From Raillietiella orientalis (taxonomy: Eukaryota): a stretch of DNA of 64,000 bases. The translations under genes were made by a program, and so were the position numbers. Below are positions 50,746 to 62,306 of this stretch, piece by piece; positions within the stretch are counted from its first letter, which is position 1, and the number at the start of each line of letters is the position of its first letter. Where the stretch lies: NCBI GenBank assembly GCA_036172245.1, contig JAYWIR010000015.1, positions 3,038,001 through 3,102,000 on the forward strand, given 5' to 3'. The notes below the pieces were generated by a model. The model saw only the letters and a program-made list of their open reading frames with translations, was not told where the DNA came from and searched no databases.

Positions 50746-50863
50746 TGCGCGCACGTAAGCGTGCGCAGAGCGCACAGCAGCGTGTTGCGTTGCGCGCACG
50801 TGTGCGGCACGTGTGCGCGCACGCGGTGCGCCATTGTTACACGCGTGCACGTCGCGTGTGCGC
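50746..50863. repeat. Alternating purine-pyrimidine (GC/GT/AC) low-complexity tract
   Basis: gtgcgcgcacgt...tgcgcgcacgtgtgcggcacgtgtgcgcgcacgc...tacacgcgtgcacgt read directly. Confidence 0.7.
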
Positions 50864-53800
50864 TCGTCCGTAGACGCCTATTCGTGCGAGCTCTTGCTCG
50901 TCCGGGGCCAACCATCGTCCGAGGCCACTCAGAGGTCACCACCACCCGATCGGGGGCAGGGAGATGAGGGAGAAGAAGAGCCACTCAGCCCCCTCGGGTA
51001 CATGGGACTCGCCGGATGGCTCTCTGGAGCGCCTGTCCCTCTTGGATCCGTTCTTGTCCTCGCAGTTCCGCGACGTAAGGGAAAAGAGCAGTCTGCCTGG
51101 GGCGAATCTCGGGAGCAAGGCTGCTACCGCCACCGCGGGGAGGTGCAGCCAGCGGGCTCCCACCGCCCCTCAGGGCGGCGGCAGTGTGTGTGGGTGGAGG
51201 CTTCCTCAGAACGGTTGGGGAACGCGGCCGCTCCCAGCATCGCACGGCTCCTTCCTAGATCGCGAGACGCAGAGTCACTGCTACCTCCGAGACACTCCCA
51301 GGGGCTGCGGGGAAAAGCTCGGTCCGGGGCGCATTGCCCCAGCGGGCGTCGCATGGGGGGTCGCGGTAGTCGCACCGCGTGCACGACGCGGCGCGACCAT
51401 CTTCCGACGCTATTAGCCCAGCACTCTCTCCCACAACGTTCCCCTTCCCTTGTACGCATCCCCTGTGAGCTCCAGGGACGCGGCTCTCCCTTGTCTGCCG
51501 CGTCACTGTCCAGGGAAGGGACGCTGTCCAGGGGGGGAAGAGCGATCTCCGGGCGCGAGGCAAGAGAGAAGCGTGCTTGTGCGTGCGTGCCGCGGCGGTG
51601 GTCACCTCCCGACTCCCCAGGAAGGGCTGCTCGGGAATCGCCACCGGCGCGTACGGTGGCTGTCTGGCAACTGGGAAAGGCGGACACTGCGGCCGGGATT
51701 TCGCAATGGAGGCTGTCGCAAGAGAGGCCGGAGGGGACGCTGCAGCGGGACCTCCAGCAGCGCCATCTGCACCCGGCAGGATGCGCGCCCGTTTTTTTTT
51801 TTTCGTTTTCCTTTTTTGTCCTCCGCGGTCACATCCGGGTCGCGCCAGAGAATCCCGGAGCGAGGAGCGCGCCCACCCGCTTCCCATCCTCGCGTCCCGG
51901 GAGACACGGGGTCCCCCGCGGTTCCCTCTGTAAGGCTCTCAAGCTCCGCTTCTTCCCGGAGGGGATCCGAGAAGGGCCTTCCGCGGCTCCTCCTGGAACA
52001 AACTCCCCGGGAGAGCGTCCTCCTTCCCGCCGGGCAGCGCGAAAAGGGATTTTCGCTTCCTGAAAGATCCTCGAGCCTCCTCCCTTCAGGAATCTGGAGG
52101 AGTGCAGGATGTGCGTCCTTCTGCGTGCCCCTGGGAGGGGACGCGACCCTTGCGCCGCTTTGGAGGAAGGAGAGGGGGTGGGGTGCTCCCCTCGTCCTCT
52201 ATCTCGGACGGGAATACTCCCCTTTTTTCCCCTTCCGTTCTCCTCTTCTTCTGGGAATCGGACCCCGCCCCTTCCGGATTTCTGAAGGGTGCAGTCCCGA
52301 GCAGCCTCCCGAAGGGAAGGGGAACCCTCGGAGGCTTCCCTCTGGGAACGGGTTCGCCGCGCGCGGTATCCCATCAGGACGCACCCCTCGGAGGTGCCGT
52401 CCGAAGCGACTACATGCCCCCAAGGATCACGCGGGAAACGGTAGTGGCGAGGAGGAAACTGGAAGGCACGTGTGTCCCCACGTCCCCTCACCCCTCTCCT
52501 TGCCCGAGGAAGCGAAGCGGGGGTGCGCGCAAGGATCGGGAGTCCGTCCGTGTGGGGTCCGCCTCTCCACTTCCTTTCCTTTTAGGATCGGAGGAGAGAG
52601 GGGAAGGGGGCAGGAGAACCAACCTCTCCCCCTCCTCCTCCCTCCATTCCTCTGCAGGGAGTGCCTCCGCCGGGATCGATGTGTCTCCCTTCTTCTCCCG
52701 TTTCTGTTTACATTGAGAGCGACGAGGGAGGAGGTGGCGGCGGGCGTCCCGGAAACCCAGGCGAGCACGTTACGGACTTTCGGAGGAAAAAAAGAAAAAA
52801 ATCCCGAAAAATCCCGGAAAGCGAGGTGCCCTGCCCCGCCTTCCTGTTTTTTTTTTTCTTTTTTGTCCTCGCGCTAAAAAAAGGAAGGGAAAACACGTGG
52901 AAAGGCAGGCGGGAGGAGGGGAGAGGGTGGAGGAGGAGTAACGGGGAAACCCCCTGTGGCTCCGCAGTCGCCAGCCGCTCCCTACCTCGATCCCTCGGGA
53001 GGAGAAACCCGCGCGCGCGCGCCTCTCGAGCGTGTTCGCTCCCGCGGGAGCTCCCGACCCTTCGCCGCCCGTTGCGCGGGTCTTGCCCGCTGTCCCGAGG
53101 CGGGCGCTTGCGACCTCGCGTGGTTACCCTTCTCTCCCCTCGGGAGCGATGGCGGAACTAACGGAGGCCCTTGTGCCAAGGGCAGCGCAGGCAACTCGCC
53201 GGGAGGTCGGGCGGCTGAGAAGAGCGGCTGACCAGGATAGGGCGCGTGTCGTTCCCGAAGTTGAGGAGGACGTTCAGGAAGGAAGCTCTCTGGGAGCGGC
53301 GGGAGGTGGGCAGAGGACGACTCCCGGAAGGAGAGCTCTCCTGCCTTAGGGGAAGCACCTCTCACAAAGGCAGGGGAGGGGAGGGGGGAGGAGAATCGAT
53401 GCGCGATCAGAGGCACCTCCTCCGAGACCGTTTTGTTCCTTCGGGTGAGGGAGTGCAAGGGAGGACAGAGAGGTTGCCTTCCTTCGGGAAGGGCAGGGAG
53501 GGAGACAGCCACGGGCATGTTTTCACCCGCTCCCGCGGCCAGCAGATCCCGGTGTGATGCCCGCGTGCTGCCCCCCTCCCCTCTCTGTTTGCAAAGTCCC
53601 AAGGAAAGGAGAGAGAAATACAGACTGTCCGAGTCGCGGTCAGCTTGCCCTTGCCACCTTGGGGCAGAGGGAGAAATTCCTCGAGAACGAGATCCACGGG
53701 AGAAACAGGAAGCGCCGAGGCCGCCTCCTAATGTGATGGCGGACTTCCTTCTTCTACTTCCCGCGAGTTCCCTGGGATCCGGGTCTGGGATACCGACGAG

Positions 53801-56800
53801 AGGGAGGAGCCCTTCCTCCTGGTTCCCTACTGATTGCCCACAGAAGGATTCCCTTCCGGGAAGAAACGGGTTCGTTCGTTCCCCATCGCCGATTCTCTTC
53901 GTTACCGTCGATTCTCCCGTCTCCCCCGACTGCACCCTTCCTGGAACATCGGACTTTCCGGGGATCAGGAAAACGCGGCAGTGCTCTCTCCCGGGAAGCA
54001 GGCAGGCGTGCCCGTTGCGAGGTTTCTGGCCCTACCATCTCCCATTCTGAATGGGAAACGAGCGGATGTGGACCACTCGGCCGCAGCATTCGCCGCTTCC
54101 ATCTTCCCCCTCGCAAGAGTTTCGGGATCACGGCAGTCTTCCCCTTCCCCTCTCCTCATCTATCCTCCCCTCGGTCCTCAGGATTGACGCAAGGATCATA
54201 TCGGGAGCTTCTCGTCTCCCTGCTCGCGGAAGGGAAAAGGGAAGCTCCTCCGAGAGGGCGGAGCACGAAGGGGGCAGGAGGGAACAGCAGGTGGTGCCTC
54301 CGGAAGTCTCTAAGGAAGCTGCTTCCCGAGAGAAAGGGGGAGTGGGGACCCCGTTCACTGGATTCTTCGCGCTCCTCCTCCTGAACATGAGGGAAAGGGG
54401 GGGGGGGACTCTTCTCTCGAAGCGTCGAGTCGTATCCCGGAGACCTCCTCCACTTTATTTTCCGGAGGCTCAGACGTAGGCGATGCCTCCCGGGCGATCC
54501 GGGAATGTAAGAGGAGTCCTCCTCTCTTCCGGCCTCGTTCTTTCCCGAAATACAGGACCTTCCATCAGAAGGGAGGAAGGAGGTCCCTGCAGCGAAGGAT
54601 AGACCGGCCGGAGGACAAGGGAAGGGGAGAGGAGGGAGGGGTCAACAGAGAGACTCTCGGGGGTCCCTTGGTCTCCCGGGAAGCGAGCCGAGAGACTGGA
54701 GGAAAGGGGAGAGCGCCCGTTCACGCCGCCAGAGGGGATTCCTACCGTGTGCCGGGATCCGCGCGTTCTTCCGTCCGCCGCCCGTGGGTCGATAAAACGG
54801 GAGAGAGCGCGCGTCGCCGTTGGCGGCGGTTACGACGACGGTGGCAGCAGGAGAGCGCGTACATTCCGGAGAGACCTCTTCCGTGGAAGAGCAGGAGAGG
54901 GGAAGGAGGAGGGGGAGGAAATGGAGGAGGAGGGAAGGGTCGATAAGAGGAAGCAAGGGGAAGAAGGAAGAGGGAGGGATTTCCGGACAGCAAAGTCGCC
55001 ATGGAGCTTTTCAGCCGCCAATGCTTCTCTTTCGTCTCCCAGAAACCCGGTTCAGGGAACGTCCTCGCCTCCTCTCCTGGACGAGGGGGTCACCTCCTGC
55101 TTCTCCCTTCCCAACGGAAGAGGATGGATGGAGACGGCGTCCTAGAGCGGATCCACCAGATGATGAAACGCTTCCATTTCGAGGCAACCCACCCTCAACC
55201 TCCAACCGGTTTTCGTGGGTTGCCCGGCAGGAGGGGGAGGGTTCCCCTTCTTCCTTCGAGAGGCGTTTCGTCCTCCCGTGACTTGCCGTGGTTCGCGGGT
55301 GGCTGCTGCTGTTCTTTCCACCCGCATTTCTCTCCTCCCCTCCCCCAGCTACTGTCTCTCCTGCTGCTTGCTCCCCGGGGAGCTGCAGCAACAGCAGCTG
55401 CCTGCCCTACCCCGAGTGCAAGTGGCAGCACGGATTAGCGATGAGCGCGTGCACGCCCCCGCTCGCGGCAGGCAGTTGGCGCGCGTTCCCCGCGGTGGCG
55501 ACGGTAGTCGCCAGAGCACCCGATTAGGGTCAAGAGAAAAGTGGGAACTGAGGGAGGCGGAGAGGAAGCGATGGGGGGCTGTTGCACGGGGAACCTTTCA
55601 GCTGGTCAGCTTCGACCACTTCGAGCATCTACCGGAAGACACTGCCACCACCGCCTTGAGTGATCCCTCGGGGAGAGAAACTTCGTCTGGAATCGCCTTC
55701 TTCCGCAGGAGCCGGAAAAGCTGGAAAAAGAAAGGGTCGGATCCCCCCCCCCTCCCTCCGTCCTCTCTCAAGCCTCGTCGCCCTCGTTTCTGGCCGTGCC
55801 TGCAGGGCGTGCAGTCCTCGAGAGTAGCCCTAGACTGGAGCGCTGGGGAGAGCGGGCAGGGGTGCAGGAGAAGGGCAGGCATCCCTCCAGACAGGTCCGA
55901 CAAGCAGTCGGAAGCTTTCGAGGGCGGGGGCAAAGGCCCGCTGTTGTGGAGCCAGGAGCGAACGGCAGCCGCGGGTGGGCGGCGACGCCACGTCGGGCCG
56001 GGAAACTTGCACACGCCCCCCACCTCTGGCGCTGCCTGCCTTGAGGGGCGGAGCCGCTCCACACGGCAAGGAGGAGGATAGTCCTTCGTGGCCGCGTGCA
56101 AGACCGAAAGTGACTGTTGCTAGGCGACGGGGGATCCGTGATGGAGGGAAGGGGTCGGCGAGCTCGCGGCAGGAGGAGGCTCGACTCGGTTCAGGAAGGA
56201 GGGAGGGGCGAAGGGGCGCTCGGCTACGGAAGGAGCGCGAGATCAGAATGGCTGGCGTATTCCACCAAGCAGCGCCTGCGCACGCACACGGGACGCCCGC
56301 CGCCGGTGAAGAGTCGTCCGAGGGGAGGAGGTCGGCTGGTCAGGCGAAAAGCAGCCTTGCGAGCGGCCACGTGAGGCGTGCTGGTGCGGCACACGAGGAG
56401 TGGATCGCGCACCGAGGTAGGCACGCGCGCGCGAGCTCCGACTCTGTGCACCGTCCGTGAGCCGCCGCGGACGCACGAGCCTGCGAGCTCGCGCGGACGA
56501 GGCGCGTGCGCGCACGCACGGGCGAGGGAGAGAGACGGCGAGGACGATGCGCACACGCGGCGGGGTGGAGTGGATGGATGCGAGTGGACGCGCGGCCGCC
56601 ATCGGGTGCGCGCGCCGAAGCAGCGGCGCACGCTGATCTCGCCGTTCGGCTGCTGCCGTTGCTGAGGATGGAGGCTGCGATCATGAGATGGCGACGGCTC
56701 GCGCCGCGACGGCGACACTCCGTGGGCCCCGGCCCCGACGGTCCGAGAGCCGGAACAATGGAATTTGATCCTAGGGTCGGTCTCGGGAGGGAAGGGGGAG

Positions 56801-59800
56801 GAGAAGGGCGTCCGCGGGGCGGAGGTGACAGCCGAGGCGCCGGGTGACGGATGCAAGGAGGGGGAGAGGACGCGCGCGCGTGCTCCGCAGCATCCGCGGA
56901 TCAACGTCCTTTCGCAGACTTCGACCTCTCGAAGCGCGCGAGCGCGCGCGCGCCGGCATCTCCAGCGACCGCGAAGTCGCTGCCCCGCGAGCAAGCGCTC
57001 CCGGGCCACCAAGGAGGAGGAACAGCTATTTGCGTGCGGCATCTCCTGGTCGGGTCAGAGATGGCAGTGGGGGCCCAGCCCAGGCAGCGAATCGCGGACG
57101 CTGCGAGGCACCGAAAGGACGGGGTCCCCTTCCTCCCGGTGCCCAAGGCGTCCGTAGGGACGGCTCCTGCGCCCATCCTTCCGGCGCCACCCCCACCCCA
57201 CCCGAGCGTTTGGGGAAAGGCAGGGCGAGTCCGAAAGCAACGGGAACAATGAAGCTGTCATGAACGCCTTCCTGGATAAGGACGCCCCGCGCAAGGAACG
57301 AGAGAGGAGAGGAGGGAGGCAAGACTTCCTGAGATTCCCCTCGGAATCAGGGGCGCCTGCCGCCCCTGCGATCTGCGGCACGATACCCCGAGCATCCTGC
57401 CCCCCTTTTCCCCTCTTTTTTCCCTTTTCCTTCGGATCAGCGGTCGCAGCCGCCGATGCAGCTCTTTGCCAAGAAGCGCCTGCCCAAGGAGTCTGCGAGG
57501 CGGAGGACGGAGGAGATCCGGGGCTGAGGGAGCTGGGGAAAGTCCCTCCTCGCCGGTGCTGCCCAGCTGCGGGAGGAACGGAGAGAGGGTGCGGAGGAGC
57601 CAACCCCTCGGACGTGGGGGGAGGCACTATGAGGCACCTCTCGCTCTGCTTTTTCTTCCCCTCCTCCGCTGTTTCTTCCGATCTTCCCGTTCCTTCTCCT
57701 CCATCTTCTTCATCTTCCTCCTCCTCTCTGTTCCTCCCGCAACCCCCGGGTGACCTCAACCCGCGAGATCGCAGGAGAAAGGTGGTGGCCCCACCAGGCT
57801 CGCAGAGGTCTCGTTTTGGAAAAGACGCCGACAGTCAGTCTACCCACCCGCTGGAGTTTCCTCTATTCGGAGGGGGCAAGCGGAGGAGGAGGAGAGAGGA
57901 GAGCGCCTGTCCCTGGCTCTTCCTCGCCCTCCCTGGCCTCCTCGTGCACTCGCGGCTCTCCCGTTTCCCCAGCAGGGCGAGGACTTTCGCGCCCGAAGGT
58001 CCGGGGATCCCCCCTGAAGGAAGGTTGCAGCAGCCAGCAGGAGGGGATCCCAAAGGCGACCGAAGCAATGCCCTTCCCTTCTCGCTCTCCTTGCGCTCCA
58101 CCGTCTTAAAATGGAAGCTCTTCGGTTTTTTTTCTTTCTAATTCTTTCTCCCCTTTCTCCCATTTACCCTAACTCCCCTCTACACCGCTCTCCCTCGCTG
58201 GCCACTCAGGCGGAACGCTCGGTGTCGTTGCGAGGAGACCCTGGGAGGAACCGAAGCGAGGACTGGCCTCCAGTGGCACCGACGGTAAGAAATCACGGGA
58301 CGCCTCCGCATTTGTAGAGGGAGGACATTGCCGAAGGAAGGGAGGAGGGAGTCACTCTTCCCCTTCCCGGGGAGCAAGAAAGGGGGAAGGGAGGTGGCTA
58401 CGTCCTCGAAACCCGGAAGGACGAAGGAAGTGGATCAAAGAAAGGGTGGTCACCGGGAAGAGGGCGGTTTTCGCAGGAGAGCTACAGGTGAGGCCACCAG
58501 GTCCCCTGAAAGAGGGGCACCAGCAGCCCCCGCCTCCAGGGCGCGAGGGAAGGAGGGACGGCGGCAGTGAGAGCAGTAGGTTAGGGAGCGCGCGGCAGGG
58601 AAGGGTTCCCGGCCCGGGACTCATATCCGATGAGACCGAGATTCCCGAGAGGCCGCCAGCGCGGAACAGGGAGAGACTCAGAGAGAACGCTGCAGGAGGA
58701 AGGACTGGGAGTGTTCGGCAGGAGGGAAAGCGCAGGGATCCCGGAGAGTCCCTAAGGAACAGAGGACGGTCAAGGAGCTGGAAAGAGGGGCTGAGGGAGC
58801 CGAATGCCCCCTCCCCACGCACGATCACGAAAGAAGGATGCTGTCACGCTCCGGTGTAAACGCGCATTCTGCCGCCCTCCTGTCATTCCAGAGGTGGGCG
58901 GGTGCCAGAAGCTGGCGGGCGACCAGCTCGATCAGCCCCAAGGGGCAGCAAGAGGTGGGTCAGGCGAACGCAAAGGCGAGGTCGTGGTTGGGGTGGGAAA
59001 GAAGGGTTCTCCTGAACAGAAGCCTTCCCCCTCCCTCCTCCCCTTGCCGAAAAAAGGAAAAAGAAAGGGCCGGATCCCCCCCCCCCTTCCCGACGCATGG
59101 GCGCCCCCGCGCCTTGAGGAGGAGCCGCCCCAGCGGAGTGGAAGGCTTTCGAGGGGGATGCCGCGCGAGAGGGGCGGGGGTGGCAGGCCGTCACTGCAGC
59201 TTCGCTTTCCCTGCCTGAAGGGAAGCGTCGCCGTTCCTCGGGGTCCTCGGGGAGCGACCAGCGGCGTCTCGCAAAAATTGCGGCCGGACGGGGAGCGACC
59301 TGGAGAGAGCGCATTTCGTCATCCGCTGCAGCTCGGATCTGGAGAGTTACCCCTGAGAGCGACGCCCTCTGCTCGAAGCAGCTTCCAGAATGGCGCCGCT
59401 GGAGCACTCGCTCGCCGTACCGCGGCGGCAGCGCTTCCGGTGCAGACAAAGCCAAAAAAAAAAAAAAAAGGCGTAGGAGGGGGGGGGAGGCAGCCGCCCC
59501 TTCCTCCCCATCTCCCTCCCTTCGTTCACTGACTGCCCGTACACGCCGCCACCGCGTCTCGACGACCGCGCCCTTCAGGGAGCATCGCCGCGGCGGAAAA
59601 GTTCCTTCCGGGAGTGCGGGCGGGAAAGGGCGCGCGCAAAAAGCATCCCGGACGCGTCCGCTCACCTGCCCACTAACGTCTCCTTGCGGGAGCGAGCGAA
59701 GGATCTCTTGCGGAGGAGGAAGAGAGAGGAGAGCCTGAACCGGACGGAGACGGGCAGCAAGAAGAGGACCTCGGGACCCGTAGTGGCTCAACCCTCCTTC

Positions 59801-61275
59801 GGTCTGCGGACGCCCGCCTGGTTTCCTCGACAACCGCTTGCTAGCAGGGGAGATTTCCTACCGCCGCTCCTCTTCCTTCTTCTCCTGACCGGTCGATTGA
59901 CGGCCGCTCCAGCAGCAAATCCGCCCGACGAGCCCTTCCGCCTAGAGTCACCACCGACCGCCTCCTGAGAGGGGACGGTCCTGAAGCAGCAGTCACCAAA
60001 GACGTGGGAGCCCCTCCTTTCTGCAGCAGCACATGGAGGAACGATTTCCAGAGGCACGGGAGCAGCCCCCGGCCCCATCGCCATCTGATAAGTCCTCGCA
60101 GCGGGTTGACCCGAACTTGCTAACTTCGAGTTCCACCGCCGTGATGTGCAGGGGAAAGAAAAAACACCCGCATACCCAACACTTGGGCTCGTGTCTTTTC
60201 CTGCCTACGCGGGTATAACCACGAAAACGGCAAGGCGTGGGCGACCGCACGGGCCTGGGAGCGTGCCGCGCGCGTGCGCGCAACACTCCGTACAAAAAAA
60301 AAAAGGAGCGACCCCCAACACAGACCTCATCCAGCGCAAGTAAAAGACCGAAAAGAAAGCGAGGAGAGGTCGCACGGTGCGCCCAAGTGTCTTAATCCCA
60401 AAAGACACTGCTTGTGTTCCCCACTCGCGTTTCATTCAGCAGAACTCCAGGAAGCGAAAGCGAAAAAAAAAAAAAAAAGGACAGCCAATTCCCCTGACAT
60501 ACGGCGGGATGTCCTTTTTTGTTTCTTTATTTCCTCTTGCCATCAGCTGGGTCAACCCAACGAGGCGGCCGCTTTGCGGCGACGCCAAAAGAGCACAATG
60601 GGTGTCCGCGCCCGGGACCCTCGATCCCGCTAAATGCACGGATAATTCGAACCGCGGACAAAAGGGCGCGCGCACTCTTGCGAGAGCGAATTTTCCGACC
60701 GAGTCCCCCCTCCTCCTTCACCTCCCTCCTTCCCTCCCTCCGCCCGACCCCCTTCCAGCCCGACTCGATGCCGACTCTTCCCTGATGCTGCTGCGGCTGC
60801 TGCCACCCTCCCGCTTCAAAACATCCACGTCGCCGAGTCGTGGCCCTCCAGACATGACTCCCCGAAACACATGTTTGATTCGGGGACATCAGCCCAGACG
60901 TGTCCGTCCCCTCGCCCGCACCCCGCTGGATGCTGACAACTCGGATAACCCGGTCCGTCTCGACATCGCGACGCATGAAGAGGAAAAACGGGAAGAGGAA
61001 CAAAAACGCGATGGGCGTCTACGCTGCTGCCTGCCCCCCCCCCTCCAACGGCTGTGTTGATCACGGAAGGAAGTTCCCAGGCACAGGAGGGGGCGTGCTT
61101 CCCATGAAAACAGGGAGGCAGAGGGGGTGGCTGCGCGCTGCTGCTGCTGGAGCTCAAGCACTCGTACAGAGAGCCTGCCTCTCTTCCCCTCAGCGGGAAG
61201 GAAGGATACAAAGTGCACCCGCGTACATCACTGCTCACCCCATCCCCCCTTTGTTTTTGTTTTCCTTTCTTTATA

Positions 61276-61281
61276 TTTATT
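61276..61281 (-). terminator. Candidate SCAPER polyadenylation signal AATAAA
   Basis: Minus-strand AATAAA about 90 nt after the SCAPER stop. A second one lies at 60531-60526. Confidence 0.4.
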
Positions 61282-61371
61282 GTTTCAGCCTGCCAAGGTA
61301 GCCACGAAGCGGTGCATCTTCCATCGTCGAAGAGCGAGCCGTGCATAACTGGCGAGCCGCGAGAATCCGCA

Positions 61372-61455
61372 CTACTTCGTGCTGGGGGTCTTCCCGTGAC
61401 AGCGCAACACCGACAGCAGGTGACCGTCATTTGACTGCGAGAAATCTTCGAGCAG
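61372..61455 (-). CDS. SCAPER: SCAPER terminal coding exon (LLEDFSQSNDGHLLSVLRCHGKTPSTK*)
   Basis: Very strong polypyrimidine acceptor (ttttccccctctttccccag|CTG) in phase 0, 84 nt ending in TAG. Continues EQEMSYE|LLEDF, comparable to EQEMSxxLLxxF of SCAPER. Absent from the ORF track because it is short. Confidence 0.85.
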   Translation of the reverse strand: MLEDFSQSNDGHLLSVLRCHGKTPSTK

Positions 61456-61582
61456 CTGGGGAAAGAGGGGGAAAAAAAAAAGGAGGAGAGAGGAAAACAC
61501 ACAAACACAAACACACACATGCAACAACGACAGTGCGTTAGGAAAAGGTACGCTTACCGCTCACACCCTCGGGCCATCTCAC

Positions 61583-62120
61583 CTCGTAGCTCATCTCCTG
61601 CTCAACGACAGCCCTGTTGGCACTGTTGCTCCAGCAGCACGCCAACAGGGTGGGCAGCAACACCACGGTGAGCGAAGGGTTGCTGAAGTAGCAGAATGGT
61701 AGATGGCACAGCTGCTGCAGCACCGTCGGCATGTGCCCGGCTTGCATCAGCATCTGGTTGTCGCGGTTGCACGCCGTGAAGTAACCGATGATGCGGATGA
61801 CGTCACAGAGCAACTCGGACAGGTTGTCCCTGGGGGAGCAGTAGCGTAGCAGGCAGCTGATGATGTGTCGAAACTGCAGGCTGATGCCTTCGGATCCCAG
61901 GATGGATTGCAGCAGCTGCAAGTTCAGAAAGGCCACTTTCAGCCACAGACGCAGTACAGCGCTCGTGAGGCGCAGGACCGAATCGTCCAGCTCCGGAGAG
62001 AGAGGCACACCCTGCGGGATCAGCATGCCGTACAGCATCGACGTGCTGCCCATGAATTCGGTAGTCTGCAAGGCTTGCTGCAAATGGGTCTGGTCAGTTA
62101 CGGATCGCCACGTGGATGAA
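61583..62120 (-). CDS. SCAPER: SCAPER (S-phase cyclin A-associated protein in the ER / ssp3) penultimate coding exon
   Basis: LQSILGSEGISLQFRHIISCLLRYC...IIGYFT...NQMLMQAGHMPTVLQQLCHLPFCYFSNPSLTVVLLPTLLACCWSNSANRAVVEQEMS matches the conserved SCAPER C-terminal region. Donor GAG|gtgaga at 61582. The 5' boundary at 62120 is inferred from phase. Confidence 0.93.
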
Positions 62121-62171
62121 CTTTTTCCATTGGTGGATTTTCAAGCCAAGTCAGAAGAAGCCGCCGCTCAC

Positions 62172-62306
62172 CTTTCGACGAGGGCATCGACTAGCTGCAG
62201 GATTTGCAGGACGAACGTGTGCGCGGACGAATCGTCTGCGGGCAAGGTCTGAACGGAGGTCAGGTACGCCGAGAAGCTGTCCACGATCCCCAAGGCGACG
62301 ATGTAA
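62172..62306 (-). CDS. SCAPER: SCAPER internal exon (SYIVALGIVDSFSAYLTSVQTLPADDSSAHTFVLQILQLVDALVE)
   Basis: Acceptor gccattgcag|T, donor AAAG|gtgagc, 135 nt, phase 2 at both ends. Resembles the SCAPER SYxVxxGxxDxL...SVQ segment (from memory). Upstream exons appear to lie beyond the window. Confidence 0.88.

Noticed and set aside
51450..52877. 475-aa ORF (and overlapping 416-aa ORF) between Islet and SCAPER
   Set aside because: No domain, runs through homopolymer tracts, and several frames are open at once.
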